Positions 18,085 to 27,357 of a stretch of 64,000 nucleotides of DNA are shown here, in pieces. The stretch is from an uncultured Prevotellaceae bacterium. GTDB taxonomy: Bacteria; Bacteroidota; Bacteroidia; Bacteroidales; Muribaculaceae. The stretch lies in the NCBI GenBank assembly GCA_902476295.1, contig CABSDC010000005.1:779-64778 (forward strand). The letters are read 5' to 3'. The stretch's first letter is position 1, and the number at the start of each line of letters is the position of its first letter. Both the position numbers and the translations under genes were made by a program. The notes beneath the pieces were generated by a model. It was not told the DNA's origin. It ran no database searches and saw only the letters and a program-made list of their open reading frames with translations.

Positions 18085-21000
18085 ATGAAAAAGGCTTATA
18101 AATATATATTTCTTGCTTTAGCATTATGTTCGCAACTGGCGGCTTCGGCATTCAGCAGCAACAAGTATGCAAGCACATCGCGCCTCGCAAGCGGCAAATG
18201 GGTGAAAATAGCGTTAACCAAAAGCGGCATGTATCAAATCACATACGACCAACTTGCCGAAATGGGTTTTTCCGACCCAAGCAAAGTGAAGGTCTATGGT
18301 CATGGCGGCTCGCTGATGTCGGAATTGCTCGACGGTAATGCCATCGACGATTTGCAACAAGTGGCTATCGGCCGTAGCAACAACAAGATATATTTCTACG
18401 CTAATGGCCTGGTGAAGATGACGCTAAACACCAACAAGAAGATGCCAGCATACACCCGCACTATCAACCATTATGCCAACAAAGCATATTATTTCCTCAC
18501 CGAAAACGATGAGAGCGCCAGCGAAATCAAGTATTACTCTACCCCTTCGGCTGGCGGAATATATTATCGCAAAACGAGTCTCGACTACACCTATCACGAA
18601 AGCGAACTCACAAACCTCGCCAGCACAGGACGCGAATTGTTTGGCGAGTCTATCATACCAGCTTCGGAAGGCAAACCAGTACAATTTGATTACACACTAA
18701 ACGCTCCTGCCGAAGACTCTACCATCACAGTGCAATGCGCTATCGGAGCAATACCTACCGCCGAAACAAGCATTTCGTGCAAACTAAATGGCGACAGCGT
18801 GCCTTTCTCAAGCCGCCAAGCCACCATCAACACACTTGCCGGCTTCGACATCTACAAGACCATTTCTCCTGTGGCTGCCATCACTCCGCTTAATGCCTCA
18901 AGCAGCGGCAAACTATCTATCTCAATTGCCGAACCAGCCAATTTGAGCAAAGCCTATCTCGACTATTTCATCTTGACGTATTTCCACGACAACTCCATGA
19001 ATGGCTCACAAATGCGCATGGGATTCAACGACCTTTCGGTATACGATGAGATCACCATTCTCGACGGCGATAAAAACATTCAAGTGTGGAACATCACCGA
19101 TAGCAACAACCCTACCCGCATGCGCCTCACAGCGAAAGAGGAATACGACGAGGACCTTGAGGAAAACATCACCGTTCAAGATTTCTACTACGGAAGCAAT
19201 GGCAACGGCGAGTTCATAGCATTCCGTCCTGATGGCTTGCTATACGAAATAGATTCCTACGAAACAGTGAAAAATCAAAATCTGCACGGCGAAGCCACTC
19301 CAGATTTCGTGATTATATGCCCAAGAAACCTGCATCAGCAAGCCGAACGCCTGGCGCAACTGCACCGCGACAAAGACGGTATGCAAGTGCTGGTTGCTGA
19401 CCAAGAAGACATCTTCAACGAGTTTTCTTCTGGTACACCCGACGCCACCGCCTACCGCTTGATGCTGAAGATGTTCTACGACCGCGACCCTCAGAAATTG
19501 AAATATCTGTTGATGTTTGGTGGCGGCTATTTCGACAACCGCCAGATTCTTCGCAACAAGGGCGACAATTTCTTGCTCACCTACCAAAGCGTGATTGGCT
19601 ACAACAACTCTCTCACCTACGTTTCCGACGACTACTTTGCACTCCTCAGCGACAATTCCGGCTCAAGCATCACCAGCGATCAATTATGCCTTGGCGTGGG
19701 CCGCTTGCCTGTGATCACCGAAGAAGAAGCACGCGACATTGTTGACAAAATCGCGTCTTACATCGATAACACAGACTATTCCAACTGGCGCAACAAGATG
19801 ATAATCATGGACGAGTTTGGCGATGACAACATCCACACATTCCAAGCCACCAACCTTGAAAATCTCGTTGCCACCACAACGGCCAAAGATCTCGACATCA
19901 AGCGCCTGCACGTTGCAGCATACACTCTTGTGGAATCAAATGCCAACCCTGTATATGCAAAAGGCAACAAAAACACTTATGCGGCAAAACTGCAGTTAAG
20001 CGACTTCTTAAATGAAGGCGCCCTATATATGACATATATGGGACACGGCGGACCAACAACACTATCTAAAAAGTATGTTTGGCTGACCATCGACGTTAAG
20101 AACACTCCGCTCACCCGCTTGCCAATCATGAGTATCGCGGCTTGCGACATTGCTAACTACGACAGCAACACTCGCGGTATTGGCGAATATATGATTATCA
20201 CTCCTGGCCACGGATGTATCGCTCTTCTCACTTCTACACGCACTGTGGAAGCCACTGAGAACGACCAAATCAACCGCGACTTCATCAAGGCGCTATTTAC
20301 AACCAAAAGCGACGGTTCAACCCGCACTTTAGGCGAGGCTTATGTTTCTGCAAAATCGGCCTACGGCACTCTGCCTTCTCGCAACAAGATGTGCTACACG
20401 CTATTTGCCGACCCTGCGCTCAAGCCAAACTACCCTAAGTCGTACATCAAGGCAAATACTTTAAACGGAATTGAGGCCAACACGCCTACTGTTTTGAAAC
20501 CTATGACCAAAGTGAATATCGAAGCATCGGTTTGCACTGCCGATGGCAACATCGACACCACATTCAATGGTGAGGCAACAATCTCGCTATATGATGTGCA
20601 AGAGCCCTACAAGGAAGTGGAAGATGCCGGCGTGACCCTGCAAGCATACCACAACCGCCCTCTATTGAGCGAAACCATGGCGAAAGTGGAGAATGGCAAA
20701 TTCACGGCATCTCTGCTCGTGCCAAAGACATGCACTGCCAATGGCAATAACGGTCTCATTAGACTCTACGCTCGCAGCAACGACAACAAGACTCTTGAAA
20801 ACGGCAGCATAAGCAACATTTCGTTTGCAGAATACAACGAAGACGACGAAGCAACTATCATCGACAATCAAGCGCCTATAATTGAGAAGATGTACATCAA
20901 CGATGAAACATCTTTTGCCAACGACCTGAATGTCGCCCCCGACTTCACTCTTCACGCACAGATTACCGACGACGTTGCTCTCAGCAATCAAAGCCAAACT

Positions 21001-21498
21001 ATCGGCAAGCAAATCTCTCTGGTGCTCGACGGCACGGAATACTACAACGGTGTGCGAGGTTTTACCCGATATGCCAACGATGGTGCGTCAATGACAATCA
21101 ATATGCCTTTGGTTGGAATCAGCGAAGGCTCGCACAATCTCAAAATCACCGTTTACGATGCTGCCGGCAATAGCGCATCCAAGACTATCACTTTCATTGT
21201 TGTGCCATCGCAAGTAGAGGCCACTCTCACCGCAAGCGATAGTCCTGCAAAAGACAAAGTGACATTCTCGTTCACTCACAAATTCGCAAGCGCGCCTACG
21301 CTGAAGATTTTCGTCACAAACGAGAAAAACGAAGTAGTTTGGAGCAAAGCCACTGCCGACGACACCTGCGAATGGGATTTGACCGACAACAACGGTCAAC
21401 GACTTCCTGCTGGCGTATATCAATACTACGGCACTGCCATCGCCAACAGCCAAAGCGCAGGCACAAAGATTTCTCAGTTGATTATTCTCGGCGAATAA
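18085..21498 (+). CDS. porU: Type IX secretion system sortase PorU (C25 family)
   Basis: 1137 aa. The N-terminus SRLASGKWVKIALTKSGMYQITYDQ..VYGHGG and the block NEFSSGTPDATAYRLMLKMFYDR are PorU-like. Candidate His (YMGHGGP) and Cys (SIAACDI) are present, with a CTD-like end (LPAGVYQYYGTA). porV lies directly downstream. Confidence 0.85.
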   Translation: MKKAYKYIFLALALCSQLAASAFSSNKYASTSRLASGKWVKIALTKSGMYQITYDQLAEMGFSDPSKVKVYGHGGSLMSELLDGNAIDDLQQVAIGRSNNKIYFYANGLVKMTLNTNKKMPAYTRTINHYANKAYYFLTENDESASEIKYYSTPSAGGIYYRKTSLDYTYHESELTNLASTGRELFGESIIPASEGKPVQFDYTLNAPAEDSTITVQCAIGAIPTAETSISCKLNGDSVPFSSRQATINTLAGFDIYKTISPVAAITPLNASSSGKLSISIAEPANLSKAYLDYFILTYFHDNSMNGSQMRMGFNDLSVYDEITILDGDKNIQVWNITDSNNPTRMRLTAKEEYDEDLEENITVQDFYYGSNGNGEFIAFRPDGLLYEIDSYETVKNQNLHGEATPDFVIICPRNLHQQAERLAQLHRDKDGMQVLVADQEDIFNEFSSGTPDATAYRLMLKMFYDRDPQKLKYLLMFGGGYFDNRQILRNKGDNFLLTYQSVIGYNNSLTYVSDDYFALLSDNSGSSITSDQLCLGVGRLPVITEEEARDIVDKIASYIDNTDYSNWRNKMIIMDEFGDDNIHTFQATNLENLVATTTAKDLDIKRLHVAAYTLVESNANPVYAKGNKNTYAAKLQLSDFLNEGALYMTYMGHGGPTTLSKKYVWLTIDVKNTPLTRLPIMSIAACDIANYDSNTRGIGEYMIITPGHGCIALLTSTRTVEATENDQINRDFIKALFTTKSDGSTRTLGEAYVSAKSAYGTLPSRNKMCYTLFADPALKPNYPKSYIKANTLNGIEANTPTVLKPMTKVNIEASVCTADGNIDTTFNGEATISLYDVQEPYKEVEDAGVTLQAYHNRPLLSETMAKVENGKFTASLLVPKTCTANGNNGLIRLYARSNDNKTLENGSISNISFAEYNEDDEATIIDNQAPIIEKMYINDETSFANDLNVAPDFTLHAQITDDVALSNQSQTIGKQISLVLDGTEYYNGVRGFTRYANDGASMTINMPLVGISEGSHNLKITVYDAAGNSASKTITFIVVPSQVEATLTASDSPAKDKVTFSFTHKFASAPTLKIFVTNEKNEVVWSKATADDTCEWDLTDNNGQRLPAGVYQYYGTAIANSQSAGTKISQLIILGE

Positions 21499-21537
21499 TC
21501 GCCATGTAACGGCGCTTTCTCTGCCAGCCATCCACAA

Positions 21538-21586
21538 GTTGCTGCACCATCTCACGCATTGTGATGATGCAGCAACTATTTTTTTA
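21538..21586 (+). terminator. Rho-independent terminator between porU and porV
   Basis: GTTGCTGCA ... TGCAGCAAC forms a 9-bp stem with an inner TCAC/GTGA pairing, followed by TATTTTTTT. Confidence 0.6.
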
Positions 21587-21666
21587 TCCTCTTTTAAAGG
21601 TCGTGGCACAATAAAAAACGATAAAACAAGTTATTATGATTAGACGTATTTTACAATAGACTGAAA

Positions 21667-22869
21667 ATGAAAAAACTCACAATCATATCGTCGATGCTCG
21701 CTGCGGCATTCAGCACGACTTGCCCCACCACTTATGCCGACGACAACATCAAGAATGAATTCAACCCTATCACCACTGGTGTGACCTCGCTAAGTATCAC
21801 TCCTGATGCTCGCGGAGCATCTATGGGAGACCTCGGTGCTGCCACCGACCCTGATGTAAACTCTCAATTCTGGAACGCATCAAAATATGCATTTGCATAT
21901 AGCCAAGCTGGTGTATCGCTGTCATACACCCCATGGCTTCGCAAACTCGTCAACGACATATTCCTTGCCAACGCTGCAGGATACTGGAAGGTGGGCAGTT
22001 CCGACAACCAAGCAGTGAGTGCTTCGCTTCGCTACTTCTCGCTTGGCGAAATTGTTTCGAAAGACTACGAGGGCGCAACCCTATCGAGCATCAACCCATT
22101 TGAAATGGCTGTTGACTTGGGTTATTCACGCAAGCTCTCTGAAAAATACTCTATGGGTGTAGTTTTGCGCTACATCTATTCTGACCTCGGATTTACCGAA
22201 GGTGGTTCGAGCGACCGCACAAAAGGCGCTTCTGCTTTCGCTGCCGACATCTCGGGTTACTTCACCTCATACCCTATCATCGGCAGAAACGAGTGCCAAT
22301 GGTCTCTCGGTTGGAATATCTCAAACATCGGTTCTAAAGTAGGCTACAACGGCGGCAACAACCCTGCTTTCTTGCCTACCAACTTAAGATTGGGTACAGC
22401 ATTTACATTCCCTCTTGCCGACTACCACAACCTCACACTCTCTGCCGACTTCAACAAACTGCTCGTGCCTACCCGTCCACGCAGTTCCGACTATAAAGAC
22501 AACGAGCAATACGAACAAGCTCTACAAGACTGGAAAGACATGTCGCCTATCACAGGCATTTTCAAGTCGTTCACCGATGCTCCTGGCGGATTTAAGGAAG
22601 AACTTCGCGAGATCAACTACTCTATAGGTGCAGAATATGGCTACAACCAACAATTCTTCATCCGCGGCGGTTACTTCCACGAAAGTGCCTACAAGGGCGA
22701 TCGCCAATACTTCGGCTTCGGTGCCGGTTTCGCTCTCAACGTCATCAAGATTGATGCCGCTTATATGATTGCAACCGCACAAAGCAGCCCTCTCGACCAG
22801 ACTCTTCGATTCACACTATCGTTTGACATGGACGGAATCCGCGAACTGCTTGGAGGCAGAAGAAAATAA
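21667..22869 (+). CDS. porV: T9SS outer-membrane channel/shuttle protein PorV (LptO)
   Basis: 400 aa with a signal peptide and the hallmark N-terminal motif SITPDARGASMGDLGAATDPDVNSQFWNASKYAF. Beta-barrel periodicity runs throughout. Confidence 0.88.
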   Translation: MKKLTIISSMLAAAFSTTCPTTYADDNIKNEFNPITTGVTSLSITPDARGASMGDLGAATDPDVNSQFWNASKYAFAYSQAGVSLSYTPWLRKLVNDIFLANAAGYWKVGSSDNQAVSASLRYFSLGEIVSKDYEGATLSSINPFEMAVDLGYSRKLSEKYSMGVVLRYIYSDLGFTEGGSSDRTKGASAFAADISGYFTSYPIIGRNECQWSLGWNISNIGSKVGYNGGNNPAFLPTNLRLGTAFTFPLADYHNLTLSADFNKLLVPTRPRSSDYKDNEQYEQALQDWKDMSPITGIFKSFTDAPGGFKEELREINYSIGAEYGYNQQFFIRGGYFHESAYKGDRQYFGFGAGFALNVIKIDAAYMIATAQSSPLDQTLRFTLSFDMDGIRELLGGRRK

Positions 22870-22905
22870 ATTTGATTAATCAATAAAGCACACACATTTA
22901 TAATT

Positions 22906-23409
22906 ATGTTTCGAGTTGGAATGGGCTTTGACGTTCACCGTCTTGTAGAAGACCGCGAACTATGGCTTGGTGGTATCAAAATACCATACGAAAAAGGATT
23001 GTTAGGACATAGCGATGCCGACGTGGCTATCCACGCACTCTGCGATGCGATGCTTGGTGCTGCCAATCTTGGCGACATCGGCCATCATTTCCCCGACAAA
23101 GACCCTAAATACAAAGGCATCGATAGCAAGAAACTTCTCACCGAGGTCAACAAACTCATCGATGTGCAAGGCTACCAACTCGGCAACGCCGACATCACCA
23201 TCTGCTGCGAGCAACCAAAAATCAACCCTCACATCATGGCTATGCAAGAAGCCATAGCTTGGTGCCTCAACTGCAGCCCTACACTCATCTCCATTAAAGC
23301 CACCACTACCGAACGCCTTGGCTACACCGGTCGTGGCGAAGGCATTGCAGCCTATGCTGTGGTGATGCTCAAAAAGCGCTCTTGCGACTTTATGCCTTAC
23401 ACAATGTAA
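22906..23409 (+). CDS. ispF: 2-C-methyl-D-erythritol 2,4-cyclodiphosphate synthase
   Basis: FRVGMGFDVHRL..GGIKIPYEKGLLGHSDADVAIHALCDAMLGAANLGDIGHHFPD is canonical for IspF. Confidence 0.93.
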   Translation: MFRVGMGFDVHRLVEDRELWLGGIKIPYEKGLLGHSDADVAIHALCDAMLGAANLGDIGHHFPDKDPKYKGIDSKKLLTEVNKLIDVQGYQLGNADITICCEQPKINPHIMAMQEAIAWCLNCSPTLISIKATTTERLGYTGRGEGIAAYAVVMLKKRSCDFMPYTM

Positions 23410-23547
23410 GACCGAAAGTCGCCCCCAAACAAGAAAAAATATCACTTTTGCATCTACATCTATGATGCAAATTCTCAGATATATACAATTGCCGAAGATT
23501 TAGCATAAATTATTTGCCAAACCTTTGGTAACAAGCAAATTTATTAT

Positions 23548-23555
23548 TAACTTTG
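23548..23555 (+). promoter_or_regulatory. Candidate -7 box (TAACTTTG) for rplU-rpmA. A second identical motif lies at 23621..23628.
   Basis: Two TAnnTTTG matches lie upstream of rplU. I cannot tell which one is used. Confidence 0.35.
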
Positions 23556-23645
23556 CACCGCATTTTCCGCAGAAGGCTCTAACGAAGAGATGCCACACCA
23601 TAAGCATCCGCCTCTCGGGTTAACTTTGTAACATTATTATTTTAA

Positions 23646-23966
23646 ATGTACGCAATTGTAAGTATCAAGGGACAACAATTCAAGGCTGAAGCTGGCAAAT
23701 ATTTGTTTGTCCACTATCTCGGCGAAGAAGCTAAGGCTGGCGATTCAGTAGAATTTGCTGACGTTCTTCTTATCGACGCTGACGGTGACGTTAAAGTCGG
23801 CGCTCCTACCGTTGAAGGAGCAAAGGTGGTTTGCGAAGTAGCAGAACCATTGGTAAAAGGTGAACACGTCATTGTCTTCAAGAAGAAGAGACGTAAGGGC
23901 TATCGCCGTTTGAACGGTCACCGCCAATACTTCACCAAAGTAGTGATTAAAGACGTTATTGCTTAA
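23646..23966 (+). CDS. rplU: 50S ribosomal protein L21
   Basis: [22 protein letters not shown].. is canonical for L21. Confidence 0.95.
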   Translation: MYAIVSIKGQQFKAEAGKYLFVHYLGEEAKAGDSVEFADVLLIDADGDVKVGAPTVEGAKVVCEVAEPLVKGEHVIVFKKKRRKGYRRLNGHRQYFTKVVIKDVIA

Positions 23967-23986
23967 CCCCTAAAAATTTTAAAGAA

Positions 23987-24253
23987 ATGGCACATAAAAA
24001 AGGTGTAGGTAGTTCTAAGAACGGCCGTGAGTCAGAAAGCAAACGACTCGGCATTAAGATTTTTGGTGGCGCTTTTGCAAAGGCTGGCAACATAATCAAG
24101 CGTCAACGTGGTACAGTTCACCATCCAGGTCTAAACGTTGGTATGGGTAAGGACCACACTCTTTACGCTCTTGTTGATGGCACAGTTGTATTCAAGACCA
24201 AGGCTGGTCGCTCATACATCTGCGTTGATCCAGTTCAAAGCGAAAACAACTAA
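23987..24253 (+). CDS. rpmA: 50S ribosomal protein L27
   Basis: [28 protein letters not shown].. is canonical for L27. Confidence 0.95.
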   Translation: MAHKKGVGSSKNGRESESKRLGIKIFGGAFAKAGNIIKRQRGTVHHPGLNVGMGKDHTLYALVDGTVVFKTKAGRSYICVDPVQSENN

Positions 24254-24284
24254 TTGCTCGTAAGCAATTAAACAAACCGAATCA

Positions 24285-24325
24285 CGGAGGTTGTGTCTCT
24301 TTCGACACAACCTCCGCTTGTTTTT
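24285..24325 (+). terminator. Rho-independent terminator after rpmA
   Basis: CGGAGGTTGTGTC-loop-GACACAACCTCCG forms a 13-bp stem followed by CTTGTTTTT. Confidence 0.8.
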
Positions 24326-24402
24326 CTGCTATTCTCCGCAAGTTACCATATCGCCCCAAGAATTAACAACATCAAAACATTGTCTATCAAAAAATTTGTT
24401 CG

Positions 24403-24410
24403 TATTTTTG
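24403..24410 (+). promoter_or_regulatory. Candidate -7 box (TATTTTTG) for the LRR protein gene
   Basis: TAnnTTTG match 19 nt upstream of the ATG, lying inside a 9-bp inverted repeat pair (24379..24387 / 24418..24426). Confidence 0.35.
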
Positions 24411-24428
24411 TATTAAAATAGACAATCT

Positions 24429-26507
24429 ATGCTCAAACCAATTTTATACATAGCACTTTCGCTCGCAACCTTTAGTGCACAAGCGATTACAATCAACTGC
24501 ACCGCTGGCAAACTATCAGAAACCGTTAGCGACAACACAGTTGTGTCTCTTGACATCAACGGCACAATCAACGCATTCGACTTTAAATTTATCGCCGACA
24601 GCCTGACGCAGTTGCAAACACTCAACATGGGCAAATGCACAATCGAGGCTTGCGAATCAAGCAAACCTATTTTTGTGAACGCACGCTCGTTTGCAAGCAA
24701 CACCATCCCTACGGCATGCTTTGCAGGAAGCCACATCGCAAACATCACTCTGCCGGCATCTGCCACAGTCATCGGCGAAAGCGCTTTCTTCGGCTGCGAC
24801 AATCTTGAGCATATCGTCCTTCCTGAGCAAATCGACTCTATCGCGGCTTATGCCTTCTCGGCAAGCGGCATCAAAGATATCACCTTGCCTGCTTCGGTCA
24901 CCCACGTTGGCGAGGGAGCATTCTCTCACTGCACAGCTCTCTCGGCTGTCACCATCAGCGACAATAGTCGCAAAGCCAACATCACCATCGGCAAAGAAGC
25001 ATTCATCGGCTGCACGGCTCTCGCCTCTGCCAATCTCGGCAAGAGCGTGAGCGAAATACAGCAACGCGCATTCAGCGGATGCAGCAACGAAGCTCTCACA
25101 ATCACAGTAGGCGAAAACTGCGCACTTGCCACTATAGGTGAAGGTGCATTTATGGGCAGCGGCATCAGCACATTCAATTTCGCGAATTGCCCGAAACTGA
25201 AAGTGATTCCAAAGTATGCTTTCGCTACATCACACCTGCGCGAAGTGGCTATTCCCGAAAGCATCACTCACATCAGTGAGGGAGCATTCTACTACGGCAC
25301 CCACATCACCAGCATCGACCTTGGCAACTGCGCATCAAGCATCTCTGCCTTGCAATTTGCTGGCTGCAATGGTGCCACCACAACTGGCATCAATCACGAC
25401 ACCAACGAAATTAGCAACTACGCCTTCTACGGTTGGAACCAAACAAACAAATTGGTGCTTCCTGAAGCAATGGCATCTATCGGTGATTACGCTTTTGCCA
25501 ACATGACTTCTCTTGAAAAGATAACAAGCATCAATAGCGAAGCCCCTGCCTTGGGCGAAGCGGTTTTCAGCGGTATCACGCCATCCAACGTGCTGCTAAC
25601 CACTAAAGCCGATGCCGCAGGATATCGCACAGGCGAGCAATGGAAAGATTTCAAGCATACACTGAACGGCGATGCCGACAACAATAGCGAAATCAACATC
25701 AACGACATCACCACCATCGTAAGCCACATCAACGGCAAAACGCCAAATAACTTTCTATATGAGGCCGCCGACGCCAACGTTGACGACGCTGTCAACGATA
25801 GCGACGTAAGCACCGTGGTTAGCACAATTGCCACCGCAAACAAATCTGCTGCCACACAGACAAGCACCAGCCATCTGCAATGTGGCGACATAGTAGTGGT
25901 TCGCGGCGAACACACCGACGTGAACATCGCGCTTGTCAACGCCGTGGATTTCTCGGCATTCCAGTGCGACATCACCATCCCTGCCGATAGCAAGTTTATC
26001 ACCACCGATGGCAAGACAATCAGTGCATCGCCTCGCTTCACAGACAGCCACTGCATAATCGAGAAGCCGATTGCCGACAACAAAGTGCGCGTGATAGCTT
26101 ACTCTACAGCAAACGCAAGTTTCAGCAACGACTCTCAAGCGCTGTTCTCTTACAAAATCACCGGACTTTCTCCAGAGCAAGAATCTAATGGGGTTATCAC
26201 AGTGGATAATATCATCTTCTCGCAAGTCGATAGCAACGATGGCAGCACCAACTGCATTGAGCATCACTTTGCCGACCTTGCGATAAACACCACCTTCACT
26301 GGCATCGACGCCCCTACAATCAACGGAATGAAAATATACGCCTCAGGGCTTCATATCATAGTGTTGTCGCCAGTCGACACCACACTACAACTCACCACTG
26401 CGGCCGGCATCACCACAAAACTCACGGTGAACGCTGGCAAGAACGTCTACGATGTTGCCGAACCGGGCATTTACATCGTGGGCAAGACCAAAGTGGCGGT
26501 ATATTAA
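24429..26507 (+). CDS. BspA-type leucine-rich-repeat surface protein with a dockerin-like module and T9SS C-terminal sorting domain
   Basis: 692 aa with a signal peptide and about 12 BspA-like LRRs (..IGESAFFGCDNLEHIVLPEQIDSIAAYAFSASGIKDITLPASVTHVGEGAFSHCTAL..). A duplicated Ca-loop-like segment (GDADNNSEININDITTIVSHING / ADANVDDAVNDSDVSTVVSTI) follows. The CTD-like end is GKNVYDVAEPGIYIVGKTKVAVY. Confidence 0.8.
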   Translation: MLKPILYIALSLATFSAQAITINCTAGKLSETVSDNTVVSLDINGTINAFDFKFIADSLTQLQTLNMGKCTIEACESSKPIFVNARSFASNTIPTACFAGSHIANITLPASATVIGESAFFGCDNLEHIVLPEQIDSIAAYAFSASGIKDITLPASVTHVGEGAFSHCTALSAVTISDNSRKANITIGKEAFIGCTALASANLGKSVSEIQQRAFSGCSNEALTITVGENCALATIGEGAFMGSGISTFNFANCPKLKVIPKYAFATSHLREVAIPESITHISEGAFYYGTHITSIDLGNCASSISALQFAGCNGATTTGINHDTNEISNYAFYGWNQTNKLVLPEAMASIGDYAFANMTSLEKITSINSEAPALGEAVFSGITPSNVLLTTKADAAGYRTGEQWKDFKHTLNGDADNNSEININDITTIVSHINGKTPNNFLYEAADANVDDAVNDSDVSTVVSTIATANKSAATQTSTSHLQCGDIVVVRGEHTDVNIALVNAVDFSAFQCDITIPADSKFITTDGKTISASPRFTDSHCIIEKPIADNKVRVIAYSTANASFSNDSQALFSYKITGLSPEQESNGVITVDNIIFSQVDSNDGSTNCIEHHFADLAINTTFTGIDAPTINGMKIYASGLHIIVLSPVDTTLQLTTAAGITTKLTVNAGKNVYDVAEPGIYIVGKTKVAVY

Positions 26508-26555
26508 TGCTCCACCCTCTTCACAATCACTACAAATCTATTAGGCTGAAATTTT

Positions 26556-27341
26556 ATGGGTAAAAACAAACTGAAAAAGTTCGCCGAAATGGATACACTC
26601 AGTTGCGTGCTGCAGTATCCTTTCGCAAGAATACAAAAAGAGGAATTTCCTCTAAAGGGCAAGTGGAACCAAGAGTTTTTCCACAACGACAATCCTATCG
26701 TGCTGGAATTGGGCTGCGGCAAAGGTGAATACGCAGTAGGCTTGGCTCGCCGATTCCCCAACAAAAACTATATCGGAATAGACTGCAAAGGCGCGCGCAT
26801 GTGGACTGGCGCCACCGAAGCCACCAAGGAAGGCATCACCAATGTGGCTTTCCTTCGCACCGACATCGAATTGATCGAGCACTTCTTTGCCAATGGCGAG
26901 GTGAGCGAGATATGGATCACATTCCCCGATCCTCAGATGAAGAAAGTGCGCAAACGCCTCACCAGCACTCGCTTCCTTGCGCTTTATCGCAACATCCTCA
27001 GCGATGGCGGCATCGTGCATCTCAAGACTGATAGCCCTTTCCTCTACACCTACACCGATGCACTGGTGCGCCTCAACAACTTCGACACCGAGGTCAACAC
27101 CAACAACCTTTATGGCTCTGGCATCGCCGACGACATCCTTGAAATAAAGACTTACTACGAGCGCCAATGGCTTGCCCGCGGTCTGACTATCAAATACATC
27201 AAATTCCACCTTCCTCTCAATGGCGAACTCGCCGAACCTGATATTGAGATTGAAGAAGACACCTACCGCAGTTTCTCTCGTGGATACATACAATGCCCAC
27301 AGATGATTGACGGCGGAGAACAACAAAACGAAGAAGAATAA
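26556..27341 (+). CDS. trmB: tRNA (guanine46-N7)-methyltransferase
   Basis: SAM-binding motif [17 protein letters not shown] and the motif [16 protein letters not shown]. Confidence 0.88.
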   Translation: MGKNKLKKFAEMDTLSCVLQYPFARIQKEEFPLKGKWNQEFFHNDNPIVLELGCGKGEYAVGLARRFPNKNYIGIDCKGARMWTGATEATKEGITNVAFLRTDIELIEHFFANGEVSEIWITFPDPQMKKVRKRLTSTRFLALYRNILSDGGIVHLKTDSPFLYTYTDALVRLNNFDTEVNTNNLYGSGIADDILEIKTYYERQWLARGLTIKYIKFHLPLNGELAEPDIEIEEDTYRSFSRGYIQCPQMIDGGEQQNEEE

Positions 27342-27357
27342 AAAAATCAATAAAATA

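Noticed and set aside
23410-23645. Possible ribosomal-protein (L21 operon) leader RNA upstream of rplU
   Set aside because: The known L21 leader motif is described for Firmicutes. I found only short, weak pairings here (for example TGCATC/GATGCA at about 23449..23469) and cannot support a structured leader without covariation analysis.
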